A stretch of 64,000 nucleotides of DNA from the sequence record SRR31156797_6066; one strand, written 5' to 3'. The notes under the pieces were generated by a model. It did no database searches. It was not told where the DNA came from and saw only the letters and a program-made list of their open reading frames with translations. A program made the position numbers and the translations under genes. Positions 10,187 to 21,538 of the stretch are shown here, piece after piece. Each line of letters starts with the position of its first letter. Within the stretch, counting starts at the first letter, position 1.

Positions 10187-11440
10187 TTATCTAATTTTAA
10201 GTGTTACTATTGTTATCACGGCAAGAAAAATTCCAATAATCCAAAAACGAGTAACAATTTTTGGTTCTGGATATCCTTTCATTTGATAGTGATGATGTAA
10301 TGGTGCCATTTTAAATATTCTTCTGCCTTCTCCGTATTTCTTACGAGTATATTTAAACCACGAAACCTGCATCATAACCGAAATATTCTCTACCAGGAAG
10401 ATTCCGCACAAAATTGGAATCAATAATTCTTTGTGAATAATAATTGCAAAAACAGCAATTATTCCACCAAGTGATAAACTTCCCGTATCACCCATGAACA
10501 CTTGAGCTGGATAAGAGTTGTACCACATAAATCCAATGGTTGAACCAATAAATGCAGCAATAAACACTACCAACTCTCCAGAGTTTGGAATGTACATGAT
10601 ATTCAGATAATCAGCATAAACAACGTGACCTGATACGTAAGCCAATATTCCAAGAGTTGCACCAATAATTGCAGACGATCCTGTTGCTAAGCCATCTAAT
10701 CCATCAGTAATATTAGCTCCATTAGAAACCGCAGTAACAATAAAAATTGTAATAATAATGAACACCAACCAAGCCAACATAGGAGCATATTCTCCAGCAA
10801 AACTTACTAATGATTCATAATCAAATTCATTATTTTTAAAGAATGGAATGGTTGTTTTCGTTGACTTCACATCGGTAGTCAAACGAGTTGCACCTGGTTG
10901 CTCCGAAGAAAAACCTTCATCAACCAATTCTGTTTGAATCCCAATTTCATCAATCTCAGCTCTCTCTCTTACAACAACATCATCACTTAAGAAAAGAGTT
11001 AATCCAACAATTAGTCCTAAGCCTATTTGGCCGGCAACCTTAAATCTTCCTTTTAATCCTGCCTTATCTTTCTTAAAAACCTTAATATAATCATCAATAA
11101 ATCCAATTAATCCCAACCATACTGTTGTGATAATCATTAAAATGATATAGGTATTATCCAATTTTGCAAACAACAATACAGGAATTAAAATAGAAATGAT
11201 AATAATGAGTCCTCCCATAGTAGGAGTACCTTTTTTCTCAAGCTGACCTGCTAATCCTAAATCGCGAACAATTTCACCTATTTGTTGCTTCTGAAGAAGC
11301 TGAATAATTTTTTTACCAAAAACGGTAGCAATGAACAAAGACATCATTATTGCCAAAGCGGCACGAAATGAAATGTAATCGAACATTCCTGCTCCCGGAA
11401 AATCTAATTGATTTAAATACCTAAATAAATAATAAAACAT
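10187..11440 (-). CDS. mraY: Phospho-N-acetylmuramoyl-pentapeptide transferase
   Basis: [35 protein letters not shown]. Confidence 0.97.
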   Translation of the reverse strand: MFYYLFRYLNQLDFPGAGMFDYISFRAALAIMMSLFIATVFGKKIIQLLQKQQIGEIVRDLGLAGQLEKKGTPTMGGLIIIISILIPVLLFAKLDNTYIILMIITTVWLGLIGFIDDYIKVFKKDKAGLKGRFKVAGQIGLGLIVGLTLFLSDDVVVRERAEIDEIGIQTELVDEGFSSEQPGATRLTTDVKSTKTTIPFFKNNEFDYESLVSFAGEYAPMLAWLVFIIITIFIVTAVSNGANITDGLDGLATGSSAIIGATLGILAYVSGHVVYADYLNIMYIPNSGELVVFIAAFIGSTIGFMWYNSYPAQVFMGDTGSLSLGGIIAVFAIIIHKELLIPILCGIFLVENISVMMQVSWFKYTRKKYGEGRRIFKMAPLHHHYQMKGYPEPKIVTRFWIIGIFLAVITIVTLKIR

Positions 11441-11442
11441 AG

Positions 11443-12900
11443 CTACAGCTTAAAAATTTCTCGTATTACTTCTTTATCATCAAAATGATGCTTAACTCCT
11501 TTTATCTCCTGATAATCTTCGTGACCTTTTCCGGCAACGAGAATGATATCATTTTTTTGTGCCAGCATACAGGCTGTTCGAATTGCCTCTTTGCGATCTG
11601 TAATCGCTAACACCTTCCTTTGGTTGCTCGCATCTACTCCCTCTTTCATATCCGAAATGATCTGATCCGGTTCTTCTGATCGTGGATTATCCGAAGTCAG
11701 AATTACTTTATCACTCAATTCTGCACTAATTTTTGCCATTAATGGTCGCTTTGTTTTGTCACGATCTCCACCAGCACCAACTACAGTAATTACCTGTTCA
11801 TTTCTTGTTCGTAAAACATCAATCGACTCCAAAACATTTTTCAAAGCATCCGGCGTATGAGCATAATCTACAATTGCCATAACTCCTTCCGGTGATATAA
11901 TGCTTTCGAATCTTCCGTCCACTGATTTTAACTCGCTAATGCCTGTTAAAACTTCTTCTTTCGATTGGTTCAACAAGCGGGCAGCACCATATACCGATAA
12001 CAAATTGTGAGCATTGAAATCCCCAATAAAATTGGTCCAAATTTCAACATCATCAATTTCTAACAACATACCTGTAAAATGCTTCTCAAGGATTCTACAG
12101 CGAAAATCCGCAAAAGACCTGGTTGAATACAAAAACTTATGAGCCTTCGTATTCTGTAGCATCAATTTACCATTCTTATCATCTGCATTGGTTAGAGCAA
12201 ATGATTTCTTACCCAATTGATCGAAGAAAGTCTTTTTTACTTTTAGGTAATTGTCAAATGTCTTGTGATAATCCAAATGATCGTGAGTGATATTGGTAAA
12301 TATTCCACCCTTAAAATCAAGCGCACCAATTCTCTTTTGATCTATAGCATGCGAACTAACTTCCATAAAGCAGTATTCACATCCTTCCTCAACCATTTGT
12401 GCCAACAATGCATTTAACTGCAATGGATCTGGTGTTGTGTGTGTCGATGGGATTTCAATATCATCTACATAATTACAAACCGTTGACAACAATCCTACTT
12501 TATATCCCAAGTTCTTAAATAACTTGTAAAGCAAAGTTGCAATTGTAGTTTTACCGTTGGTTCCGGTTACTCCTACCAATTGAATATTCTCAGTTGGCTT
12601 CCCATAATAATTGTGTGCCAATTGAGAAAGAGTTGCCAATGAATCTTCAACAACAATGTATGTAGTTTCCGCATTACTAACCTGTGGTAATTCTTCGCAA
12701 ACTATCACATTGGCACCCTGAGATTCTACAGCCTCAATATATTTGTGCCCATCGCTTACTGTACCACGACATGCCACAAACAAATCACCTTTCCGAACCT
12801 TTCTGGAATCAAAATGCAAGTTATTCACCTCCACATTTCTATTTCCTTTAAGGCTTTGTATTTTTATTGAATCAAAAAGTTCGTCTAAATTCATACTCAT
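11443..12900 (-). CDS. murE: UDP-MurNAc-dipeptide--meso-DAP ligase
   Basis: [31 protein letters not shown] (mDAP-type), AGKGHE; start could be the next Met at 12894. Confidence 0.97.
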   Translation of the reverse strand: MSMNLDELFDSIKIQSLKGNRNVEVNNLHFDSRKVRKGDLFVACRGTVSDGHKYIEAVESQGANVIVCEELPQVSNAETTYIVVEDSLATLSQLAHNYYGKPTENIQLVGVTGTNGKTTIATLLYKLFKNLGYKVGLLSTVCNYVDDIEIPSTHTTPDPLQLNALLAQMVEEGCEYCFMEVSSHAIDQKRIGALDFKGGIFTNITHDHLDYHKTFDNYLKVKKTFFDQLGKKSFALTNADDKNGKLMLQNTKAHKFLYSTRSFADFRCRILEKHFTGMLLEIDDVEIWTNFIGDFNAHNLLSVYGAARLLNQSKEEVLTGISELKSVDGRFESIISPEGVMAIVDYAHTPDALKNVLESIDVLRTRNEQVITVVGAGGDRDKTKRPLMAKISAELSDKVILTSDNPRSEEPDQIISDMKEGVDASNQRKVLAITDRKEAIRTACMLAQKNDIILVAGKGHEDYQEIKGVKHHFDDKEVIREIFKL

Positions 12901-12903
12901 CCT

Positions 12904-15021
12904 TTAAGATAAATCTATTGTTATTCTATCTCCCCTTCTAAAGTAAGATCCTGGTCTCAGCGATTGTTTCGAAACAGCTCCAACACCTTTCACATTTACT
13001 TTTAAACCTGCATTCTCCAAAATATACAATGCATCTTGCACTCCCATTCCTTTCACATTAGGAACCAATGCATTCTTCACTCTTCTGTATTTGTATTCAA
13101 TTACTGAATCTTTGCGGGAAGTCATCACCCACTCCGATTGTATATCTTTATTCGTTACTTCAATATCTAAACCTTCAAAAACCAAATCCAAATCTTCCTT
13201 ATTCCCGTTTAATGATACAGGAACCAATGGACCTTCGTCATCAACCTCTTTTTTTACCGGATGCATAGAATAACTCATTGCATAAACTTTATCGGCAATG
13301 GTTTTAAAAACCGGACCGGCAACCTGATTTCCATAAAATCCTTTAGTCTTATTAGGTCGATTTATTACCACAACACAAGAATACATTGGATCATCAGCTG
13401 GAAAATATCCAACAAAGGAAGCTTGATAAACTTTCTTTCCGTATCCTTTATTTTTATCCGCAATTTGAGCTGTACCAGTTTTTCCGGCAATAGAATAACT
13501 TGAGTTTCTAAGATTTCTGGCTGTTCCTCTTAAAACAACCCCTTTCAGCATGCTTTGCACAATATCCAAAGTTTCGCCAGAACAAATTTTCGATTTTAAT
13601 ACCTCATCATCAAACTTTTTAATTACCTCTCCATGATACATGATCTCTTCCACAAATTTTGGCTTCATCATTCTACCATTATTTGCGATAGCATTATAAA
13701 ACGTTAAGGTTTGAAGCGGCGTTTGTTCCACTGCATATCCTATCGACATCCACGGAAGTGAAATTCCTGACCATGTTGGGTCGTCCGGATATTTGATTTT
13801 TGGAGTTCCTTCTCCCCTGATATTTAAACCCAATGGCTCATTCAATCTAAATTCATACAAACGGTCAATAAATAATTGTGGCTTATTCTTGTAATGCTCA
13901 TCAACTAATCTTGAAATTCCCACATTCGAAGATTTCTCAAAAGCTTCCTGCACGGTTATTTTACCATATCCTCCATGATGAGAATCTCTCATTTTAGCAT
14001 TGTAAAATCTATAAACTCCATTACCCGTATCTATGGAATCCATTGGTCCGATATAACCATCCTCTAACAAAGCCATCATCGATGCCAATTTAAAAGTTGA
14101 TCCAGGTTCTGTAGCTTCACCAATCGCATAATTGTACCTTTCGCGATAAGCTTGTTTTTCTGGATCGTATCCTAAATTAGCAATTGCTTTTATTGCACCT
14201 GTTTTAACTTCCATTAATATAGCAGAACCATGATCAGCATTGTATTTAATCAATTGCTGATGCAAGGCAGATTCGGCAACATCCTGATAATTGACATCTA
14301 TCGTGGTAATCAAATCATTTCCATCTTTTGGTTCAACCATATTTACCGGTAACCAACGCCCAGACATTTTTTGCATCACACTAATCCCATCAACACCTTT
14401 TAGTTCACTTTCAAAAGCGCCTTCCATTCCAACCTTACCAATTCGCTTATTATTAGCTTCTTTATTAAGATATCCAATAGTTCTTGTTGCTAAATTTTTA
14501 TGCGGTTGGATTCTTTTATTTTCCTGTTCACAAATCAATCCACCCTTATTTTTCCCCAATCGAAACAGAGGAAAAGTTTTAAGCACTTTAAGTTCATTGT
14601 AATTAACTTTTCGTCGGTTAATTAAAATATAACGGTTCGATTTGGTCTTGTATTTAGCCTTCCATAATTTTCTTCGGTACTCACTTGCCGATTTATCCTT
14701 AAAAAATCGAGACAAACACAATGCAAGAGAGTCAACTTTAGATTTAAATACCTTATCGGTTAATCCTGAAGCCCTAAAATCCATTCTGATTTGAAAATAA
14801 GGCAAAGAACTGGCAAGTAAGCGTCCATCGTCGGCACAAATATCTCCACGATTTGCATGCACTATCACATCTCGTTGCGAAATCGTCTGGGCTTTACTAC
14901 GCCACTTGTCTCCTTCGAACAATTGCAAGTACACAACTCTACCAACTACCAATGCTGCAACCAGCATTACTGTTGTGTAGATTAGACCAACTCGCCATAT
15001 GATATCTTTTTTTATCGGCAC
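12904..15021 (-). CDS. ftsI: Penicillin-binding protein 3 (class B PBP with C-terminal PASTA domain)
   Basis: EPGSTFK (SxxK), SSNVG (SxN), KTGT; C-terminal VPNVKGM PASTA; dcw position. Confidence 0.95.
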   Translation of the reverse strand: MPIKKDIIWRVGLIYTTVMLVAALVVGRVVYLQLFEGDKWRSKAQTISQRDVIVHANRGDICADDGRLLASSLPYFQIRMDFRASGLTDKVFKSKVDSLALCLSRFFKDKSASEYRRKLWKAKYKTKSNRYILINRRKVNYNELKVLKTFPLFRLGKNKGGLICEQENKRIQPHKNLATRTIGYLNKEANNKRIGKVGMEGAFESELKGVDGISVMQKMSGRWLPVNMVEPKDGNDLITTIDVNYQDVAESALHQQLIKYNADHGSAILMEVKTGAIKAIANLGYDPEKQAYRERYNYAIGEATEPGSTFKLASMMALLEDGYIGPMDSIDTGNGVYRFYNAKMRDSHHGGYGKITVQEAFEKSSNVGISRLVDEHYKNKPQLFIDRLYEFRLNEPLGLNIRGEGTPKIKYPDDPTWSGISLPWMSIGYAVEQTPLQTLTFYNAIANNGRMMKPKFVEEIMYHGEVIKKFDDEVLKSKICSGETLDIVQSMLKGVVLRGTARNLRNSSYSIAGKTGTAQIADKNKGYGKKVYQASFVGYFPADDPMYSCVVVINRPNKTKGFYGNQVAGPVFKTIADKVYAMSYSMHPVKKEVDDEGPLVPVSLNGNKEDLDLVFEGLDIEVTNKDIQSEWVMTSRKDSVIEYKYRRVKNALVPNVKGMGVQDALYILENAGLKVNVKGVGAVSKQSLRPGSYFRRGDRITIDLS

Positions 15022-15401
15022 TACTTCTCTAAATATATTTTTATTGGCGGCTCCGTTGATTCAACCAAGTTCAAGCCATCTCGTTTCACTCTTTTTACTA
15101 CCTCCGACTGTTTACTCATGTACATCAAATCAGAAGCTGTTGTAATAGATTCAAACCTTAGATCTTTCAACTCTTTTTCAAGCCTAATCATGTCTCGATA
15201 AACCTTTTCAGAATTGTATCTATTACTGATATAAAAAATTCCTAATCCAACAAGAAATAACATAAAAGGCAATTGTTGAACAACCGCCGTTTTTGTAAGA
15301 AAACTCCCATCGATAAAATCCTTAAACGAACTACTCGAAATTTCTTTCTGTTCCTGATTAGGAGTTACAAAATCGTTATATTTCTTTTTGAACCTAAACA
15401 T
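15021..15401 (-). CDS. ftsL: FtsL-like cell division protein
   Basis: Single TM helix followed by coiled coil, between rsmH and ftsI. Confidence 0.8.
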   Translation of the reverse strand: MFRFKKKYNDFVTPNQEQKEISSSSFKDFIDGSFLTKTAVVQQLPFMLFLVGLGIFYISNRYNSEKVYRDMIRLEKELKDLRFESITTASDLMYMSKQSEVVKRVKRDGLNLVESTEPPIKIYLEK

Positions 15402-15403
15402 TC

Positions 15404-16309
15404 TTATTTCAAATTAGGTTTAGCTATTCTTAATTTTGCACTACGTGCTCTTCCGTTCAATTCAATCTCTTCCTCATTTGGCAAAATCACTTTTCGATTC
15501 ACACTTAAAAGTGGAGTTTGAACATTTCCGAAGAAATCTTTATCAGCTCCTCCTTCAAATTTCCCATCTCGAATGTAATTTTTCACCAAACGATCTTCTA
15601 AAGAATGATATGTAATAACAACAAGGCGACCTTCAGGTTTTAAAACATCAGCACACTGCATTAACATCTCCTTCAGCACATCCATTTCTTTATTCACCTC
15701 AATTCTTAGAGCCTGAAACACCTGAGCCAAGTATTTATGTTCCTTAAATTTTGGAGTACAAGGAGCTATTACTTCTTTGAATTGCTGAATGGTCTTAAAT
15801 GAATTCTCTTTTCGATAACTTTCAATCAACCTCACCAATTTTCCTGGATTTTTAACCTCCCCATACATTTTGAAAATCTTAAACAGATCTTCTATTTCGT
15901 AATCGTTTAGGATATCTGCCGCCGTAAATTCTGAACTTTGATTCATTCTCATATCCAGATCACCATCAAATCGAAATGAAAAGCCACGTTCCGCAACATC
16001 AAACTCATGAGATGACACACCTAAATCTGCTAAAATCCCATCAATTTTATCATATCCAAGGTACTTTAGGAAATTTTTAAAATATCTGAAATTATGGCGT
16101 ACAAAAATAAATCGATCGTCATCCGGCACATTAGCTTCGGCATCCTCATCCTGGTCAAATCCAATTAATTTACCAGTAGTTAAATACTTTAAAATCTCGC
16201 GCGAGTGACCTCCACCGCCAAAGGTTAAATCTACATATACACCTTCAGGATTAATATTTAATCCCTCGATGCTTTCTCCTAACAAAACTGGTATATGATA
16301 TTCACTCAT
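15404..16309 (-). CDS. rsmH: 16S rRNA m4C1402 methyltransferase RsmH (MraW)
   Basis: HIPVLL, TFGGGGHS, DLGVSS, LDMRM, FQALRIEVN, YHSLEDR, RARSAKLR; start moved to ATG 16309. Confidence 0.97.
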   Translation of the reverse strand: MSEYHIPVLLGESIEGLNINPEGVYVDLTFGGGGHSREILKYLTTGKLIGFDQDEDAEANVPDDDRFIFVRHNFRYFKNFLKYLGYDKIDGILADLGVSSHEFDVAERGFSFRFDGDLDMRMNQSSEFTAADILNDYEIEDLFKIFKMYGEVKNPGKLVRLIESYRKENSFKTIQQFKEVIAPCTPKFKEHKYLAQVFQALRIEVNKEMDVLKEMLMQCADVLKPEGRLVVITYHSLEDRLVKNYIRDGKFEGGADKDFFGNVQTPLLSVNRKVILPNEEEIELNGRARSAKLRIAKPNLK

Positions 16310-16377
16310 TATAAATCTTTTAAATGCAATTGAATTAAGCCCGCAAAGGAACAATTCCCTACTAACAAAACCAACAA

Positions 16378-16839
16378 TTATTCAGGCTTTATATCTCCTC
16401 CTAAAATCTCATCAGCCAAATCACTAAACCCATCCTGACTCCAAGCAGACTCCTCATAGGTTTTAGAATCCCAAATTTCGATTTTTCCATCCTGTCCCGC
16501 CAATGTAATGTCCTTGTCAAAACAAGCAAAATCGAAAAATTTCTTTGGTAATAAAATTCTTCCATTCCCATCAATTTGAACTTCGGCAGTTCCCCTAAAA
16601 AATTCCCGCATAAACCCTGAATGCTTTTTATTGAATGGATTTAATTTGGCTCTCACCATCTCAGTTTGTCGCTCCCATTCTTGCAGAGGGTATAAATCGA
16701 GGCATTTTTCGTAAAGGTTTTTTCTAAGCACACAACGACTCTCGGAGTCTCCATTTAGGAGTTTCCGAAACGCAGAAGGCAATAAAACCCTACCTTTCGC
16801 GTCCAATTTACATTGATAATCGCCTATAAATGTTACCAT
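16378..16839 (-). CDS. mraZ: Transcriptional regulator MraZ
   Basis: Two AbrB-like DxxGR motifs (LDAKGRV, IDGNGRI), IEIWD; first gene of dcw. Confidence 0.95.
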   Translation of the reverse strand: MVTFIGDYQCKLDAKGRVLLPSAFRKLLNGDSESRCVLRKNLYEKCLDLYPLQEWERQTEMVRAKLNPFNKKHSGFMREFFRGTAEVQIDGNGRILLPKKFFDFACFDKDITLAGQDGKIEIWDSKTYEESAWSQDGFSDLADEILGGDIKPE

Positions 16840-16880
16840 TAAAAAAATCGATTTACATTTGTAAAATTAGAGAAAAAATT

Positions 16881-16910
16881 ACCCACTTTCAACCACTTCA
16901 CCCCACTTTT
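16881..16910 (-). promoter_or_regulatory. MraZ-binding direct repeats
   Basis: Minus strand AAAAGTGGGG TGAAGTGGTT GAAAGTGGGT: three AAGTGG units at exactly 10-bp period just upstream of mraZ, matching the known GTGG-N6 MraZ box pattern. Confidence 0.85.
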
Positions 16911-17046
16911 CTGTTATTGTTGATAACTTTTCTTCACACACACAAGTAATTATTCCTCAATAAGTTTGATTATGCCCTAAAATTTATAACAACAAACCAA
17001 GTTTTTTGCGATATTTGCTCTCCAAATAATATGACCATCGATTTTT

Positions 17047-17880
17047 ATGCAAAACGAAAATTCAAATAATTATCCTAAAATAGATATAGAAAAAGTATTT
17101 GCCAGTAAAAGTGAAAAAATGGCAAAACTACTTCCTGGCTTTATTATTCGATACCTGAAAAGAATTCTTCATCAAGATGAGATTAATGATTTCCTTTCAA
17201 GAAATTATCAAAAACAGGGAATTGAATTTGCTGATAGTGTTTTGGAAGAACTTGATATCACTTTCAAAATTGAAGGGCTTGAAAATTTAGATAAAAACGG
17301 CAGGTATTTATTCGCATCTAATCATCCCTTAGGAGGACCTGATGGAATCATTCTGATTAGTATTTTTGGAAAAGAATTCAGTAAAATTAAATTTTTAGTG
17401 AATGATATTTTAATGAATATCAAAAATTTATCTGAAATATTTATTCCAATCAACAAACATGGAGGACAAGCTAAAAAAGCAGCTATAATGCTTGAAGATG
17501 CATATCAATCTGATGCTACAATTCTGACCTTTCCTTCAGGACTTGTTTCAAGAAAACAAAAGGGAAAAATTGAAGATTTAGATTGGAAAAAAAGCTTTAT
17601 CGCAAAATCGAAAAAACACAAACGAAATATCGTACCCATTCATATAGATGGCAGAAATTCTAACTTTTTCTACAATTTAGCAAACCTGAGAAAATTCTTT
17701 GGTTTAAAATCTAATTTGGAAATGTTATATTTGCCAAACGAATTATTCAAGCAAAGAGGTAAAACCTTTACTGTTAGAATTGGAAAACCCATCTCTTACC
17801 AAACTTTTGATAAAAGCTTATCGTATGATAAATGGGCAGAGAAAATGAAAAGAGAAACCTATAAGTTAGCAAAGCAGTAA
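17047..17880 (+). CDS. glsA: PlsC-like O-acyltransferase, likely glycine-lipid acyltransferase GlsA
   Basis: NHPLGGPDG (HX4D) acyltransferase motif, FPSG; paired with the downstream GNAT and divergent from mraZ as recalled for Bacteroides glsAB. Confidence 0.7.
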   Translation: MQNENSNNYPKIDIEKVFASKSEKMAKLLPGFIIRYLKRILHQDEINDFLSRNYQKQGIEFADSVLEELDITFKIEGLENLDKNGRYLFASNHPLGGPDGIILISIFGKEFSKIKFLVNDILMNIKNLSEIFIPINKHGGQAKKAAIMLEDAYQSDATILTFPSGLVSRKQKGKIEDLDWKKSFIAKSKKHKRNIVPIHIDGRNSNFFYNLANLRKFFGLKSNLEMLYLPNELFKQRGKTFTVRIGKPISYQTFDKSLSYDKWAEKMKRETYKLAKQ

Positions 17881-18021
17881 ACTAATTATTATTTATTAAA
17901 AATATAATCATATTGCTGTTTTAATTAGCCATTTGTTTAGTATTTTCATTTAACAAATTAACCAAACTGAGAACCGAATAACATATCATCCTCTATTTTA
18001 AGAATTTAACACCATTTACTG

Positions 18022-19002
18022 ATGAAAGAAATCATACCCCCTGTACCGAGAGAGGAACTTGAGAAAGAGTTGACCGAAGAGAGATTTGTACGCAAGACCA
18101 ACAAGGGGTCTAATGAAATTTATTGTTTCACTCATCACGACTCTCCAAATCTAATGAAAGAGGTTGGTCGATTAAGAGAAATAACATTTCGTAAAGCTGG
18201 AGGAGGCACAGGTAAAGAAATTGATGTTGACAAATTTGATACTGACGAAAGACCATATCATCAACTAATTGTTTGGGATCCTAAGGCAAAAGAAATTTTA
18301 GGTGGATACCGATACATTTTATGTAACAATGCACCTGTTAATGAAAAAGGTGAAACTTATTTGGCAACCTCGAGATTATTTAATTTTTCGGATGATTTTA
18401 AGAAAAATTACCTGCCACATACAATTGAGCTTGGAAGATCATTTGTTCAGCCAGATTATCAATCGATTAAAAAAGGAAGAAAAAGCTTGTATGCTTTGGA
18501 TAACCTTTGGGATGGACTGGGTGCATTAATTATTGATTACCCCGAAATTAAATATTTCTTTGGAAAGGTTACTATGTATCCTGATTACAATAGAGATGCG
18601 CGCAATCACATTCTCTATTTCATGAACAAAATGTTCAACGATCCGGATAAGCTTGCCACACCAACAACTCCTCTTCATACAGATATGGATGAAGAGCAAT
18701 TGGCAAAAGATTTTTGTTACGAAACTTTTGATGAGAATTACAAAGTACTATCACAGAATGTACGCAGTAACGGAGAAAATATTCCTCCACTTATTAATGC
18801 GTACATGGGACTTTCGCCAACTATGAAATGTTTCGGAACTGCCGTTAATACTCATTTTGGCGATGTGGAAGAAACAGGAATAATGATTACAATTGGTGAT
18901 GTTTACGACAAGAAGATTGACAGGTACACTTCTTCTTATCTTTCATTCTTAAACATCAAATTACCGAAGAAACCAAATTTGAAAATTTTCAAAAAGAAAT
19001 AA
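18022..19002 (+). CDS. glsB: GNAT N-acyltransferase (OlsB/GlsB-like, often annotated hemolysin), likely glycine N-acyltransferase
   Basis: EVGRLREITFR, DKFD, IELGRSFV, IPPLINAY motifs of N-acyl amino acid synthases. Confidence 0.72.
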   Translation: MKEIIPPVPREELEKELTEERFVRKTNKGSNEIYCFTHHDSPNLMKEVGRLREITFRKAGGGTGKEIDVDKFDTDERPYHQLIVWDPKAKEILGGYRYILCNNAPVNEKGETYLATSRLFNFSDDFKKNYLPHTIELGRSFVQPDYQSIKKGRKSLYALDNLWDGLGALIIDYPEIKYFFGKVTMYPDYNRDARNHILYFMNKMFNDPDKLATPTTPLHTDMDEEQLAKDFCYETFDENYKVLSQNVRSNGENIPPLINAYMGLSPTMKCFGTAVNTHFGDVEETGIMITIGDVYDKKIDRYTSSYLSFLNIKLPKKPNLKIFKKK

Positions 19003-19008
19003 ACTCAT

Positions 19009-19040
19009 AAAAAACCACTTCAGATGAAGTGGTTTTTTTT
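19009..19040. terminator. Bidirectional terminator between convergent glsB and purF
   Basis: AAAAAACCACTTCA-GA-TGAAGTGGTTTTTTTT. Confidence 0.85.
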
Positions 19041-19059
19041 GTGTCTAATTACAAGCTAT

Positions 19060-20961
19060 TTAATAAGCTCTTTTGTCGTTTCCTTCTACATAGTTAATGA
19101 ACGATGTGTTCACAACCTTGTTACCTCCTGGAGTTGGATAATTACCCGTAAAATACCAGTCTCCATTATTCTTAGGACAAGCTTCATGCAAGTTTTCAAT
19201 TGATTGATAAACAATCTCAACTTCTGCCTCCATATTATCAGGAGTTAATAGCTCAGCAATTTTTCCAGAAATTTGCTCTGCGGTAAATGGTTTATAAATT
19301 TCCTTAACGTAATTCATCACCTCTTCTTTTGGCAGATTTTCCTGAGCTTTACATTTCTTGTAAGTCTCCTGAATTACATCTTCCATTCCCTGCTCTTTTA
19401 ACATTGCAATAGCTGCATTAAAAGCAATAAACTCTCCCATTCTTGTCATATCAATACCATAACAATCAGGATAACGAATTTGTGGTGCAGAAGAAACAAT
19501 TACAATTTTCTTAGGATGCAGACGATCTAAAATTCTTAGAATACTCTGCTTTAAAGTAGTTCCTCGAACAATTGAATCATCAATCACAACCAAATTGTCT
19601 TCCTGATTTTTCACGATACCATAAGTTACATCGTAAACATGACCAACTAAATCGTCACGCCCCTCATCATTAGTAATAAAGGTTCGCAATTTCACATCTT
19701 TAATTGCAATTTTCTCTACGCGAGGCTCAACAGAAATAATCTCTTTTAACTTTTCTTCTGTCCAACTGCCATTTAAATCATGAATTTTCTCCTTTTTCTC
19801 TTCCATTAATCTATGACGCACACCTTCCATCATTCCATAAAAAGCCGTTTCGGCAGTATTCGGAATAAATGAGAATACTGTGTTTTTAATGTCATGATCA
19901 ATAGATTTTAGAATTGCTGGAGTTAGCAATTGTCCAAGTCTTTTTCTTTCGTTATAGATATCTTTATCGCTACCACGCGAGAAATAAATTCTTTCAAAAG
20001 AACATGATCTTCTTTTTTGAGGAACTCGAACAGGAACTTCTTCAATTACTCCATCTTTCTTCACCACTACAGCATTACCAGGAGAAATTTCTTTAATGGT
20101 ATCTGCTTTTACATTAAATGCTGTTTGAATAACAGGACGCTCTGATGCTACAACCAACACCTCATCGTCTTGATAATAGAATGCAGGTCTAATTCCCCAA
20201 GGATCTCTCATCACAAAAGCATCACCATGTCCAAACATACCAGCTACTGCATAGCCGCCATCCCAGGTTCTACTAGCACTTGACAATACTTTCTGAATAT
20301 CTATATTTTTCTCAATTAGTGGAGAAATCTCTCTATTTGAATATCCATCATTTTTATACTGACGGAATAACAATTGATTTTCTTCGTCAAGATAATGACC
20401 AACCTTTTCTAATATAGTTACAGTATCAGTATAATCTTTAGGATGCTGTCCCAAATCCACTAATAAATCAAAAAGTTCATCAACATTTGTAAGGTTGAAA
20501 TTACCAGCTAAAACCAGATTTCTCGTTTTCCAGTTATTTTCCCGCATTACAGGATGAACAAAATCGATACTATTACGCCCAAAGGTTCCATATCTCAAGT
20601 GACCCATGTATAACTCACCTGCAAATGGCAAATTAGCTTTTGCCCAAACAGGATCATTAAAGCTCTCAGGATTTTTTTCTTCTCCCTCTTTTAGTCTACC
20701 ATAGACTTTATCGAATACATCTTTAATAGGTTGGTCGCCACAAGATCTCTCTCGGGAAATGTACTTCTCTCCCGGAGCCTGATCTAACTTTAAGCTAACT
20801 GCTCCCGCACCTTCTTGCCCTCTATTGTGTTGCTTTTCCATCAACAAATAAAGTTTTTGAATACCATATCTCCAGGTTCCGTATTTCTCCTGATAGTATT
20901 CGAGAGGTTTTAGCAATCTTATCATTGCTATTCCGCACTCATGCTTTAACTGATCACTCAT
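19060..20961 (-). CDS. purF: Amidophosphoribosyltransferase (long Bacteroidota type)
   Basis: Short propeptide then Ntn Cys (KHECG), QHNRGQ, GHLRYGT, CSFERIYF, VIDDSIVRGTT PRPP motif. Confidence 0.93.
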   Translation of the reverse strand: MSDQLKHECGIAMIRLLKPLEYYQEKYGTWRYGIQKLYLLMEKQHNRGQEGAGAVSLKLDQAPGEKYISRERSCGDQPIKDVFDKVYGRLKEGEEKNPESFNDPVWAKANLPFAGELYMGHLRYGTFGRNSIDFVHPVMRENNWKTRNLVLAGNFNLTNVDELFDLLVDLGQHPKDYTDTVTILEKVGHYLDEENQLLFRQYKNDGYSNREISPLIEKNIDIQKVLSSASRTWDGGYAVAGMFGHGDAFVMRDPWGIRPAFYYQDDEVLVVASERPVIQTAFNVKADTIKEISPGNAVVVKKDGVIEEVPVRVPQKRRSCSFERIYFSRGSDKDIYNERKRLGQLLTPAILKSIDHDIKNTVFSFIPNTAETAFYGMMEGVRHRLMEEKKEKIHDLNGSWTEEKLKEIISVEPRVEKIAIKDVKLRTFITNDEGRDDLVGHVYDVTYGIVKNQEDNLVVIDDSIVRGTTLKQSILRILDRLHPKKIVIVSSAPQIRYPDCYGIDMTRMGEFIAFNAAIAMLKEQGMEDVIQETYKKCKAQENLPKEEVMNYVKEIYKPFTAEQISGKIAELLTPDNMEAEVEIVYQSIENLHEACPKNNGDWYFTGNYPTPGGNKVVNTSFINYVEGNDKRAY

Positions 20962-20997
20962 TCTTAACTTCTTAAATGGTTATTTAGTATATTGTTG

Positions 20998-21486
20998 TTA
21001 TTCAACACCTTCTTCCACAATTAATTCTTCAACTTCCTCCTCCTTAACCGGCTCTAAATCCGAAAACATGATTTCGGTTTTTACCGGATAACAATTTGGA
21101 AAATATTCAGAACATGCTTTATAAAGTTCAATTGATTCTAATTTTGTTCTAAAGTTACCCACACGCACTCTAAAATCGGGAGCAGTGTAAACAACATAAG
21201 CTCTTTCCTCAGGAAACAACTCTTTAAACTCTTTTTTAATTTCGAATGCTCTTTCCTTATCCGTACTTCCTCCAAAAAATATTTGGACTCTATAACCAGA
21301 AAAGCTTCTCTTTTTCGAATTAAGTATACTATCTGTTTTCAACAGTTCTATCACTCTCTCATCTTGAATCACCTTTACTTCTCCAAGCGTATCAACAATT
21401 CCCTCTTTTTGTTCTACCTCTTGAGCATTCAGCGAGAATCCTACAAAAATTAAAACAAAAACTATTAAAAACTTATAATGCTGCAT
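20998..21486 (-). CDS. SPOR domain-containing periplasmic protein
   Basis: Signal peptide, GYRVQIF and FRVRVGNF SPOR motifs; start moved to ATG 21486. Confidence 0.8.
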   Translation of the reverse strand: MQHYKFLIVFVLIFVGFSLNAQEVEQKEGIVDTLGEVKVIQDERVIELLKTDSILNSKKRSFSGYRVQIFFGGSTDKERAFEIKKEFKELFPEERAYVVYTAPDFRVRVGNFRTKLESIELYKACSEYFPNCYPVKTEIMFSDLEPVKEEEVEELIVEEGVE

Positions 21487-21538
21487 GTCCTCTTCTATTT
21501 TATTTCTAACAACTTTCACTACCTATCAATAACCACTT

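Noticed and set aside
10780-10990. Large hydrophilic insertion in MraY, and absence of murF/ddl from the dcw cluster
   Set aside because: Both are ordinary features of Bacteroidota dcw clusters.
16918-16926. DnaA-box-like TTATCAACA (also at 58205-58213) as a sign of oriC
   Set aside because: Isolated single-mismatch copies in AT-rich DNA, with no cluster and no dnaA context.
18022-19002. Hemolysin/toxin interpretation of the GNAT gene
   Set aside because: Motifs and pairing with an O-acyltransferase indicate amino-acid lipid synthesis; hemolysin is a legacy label.
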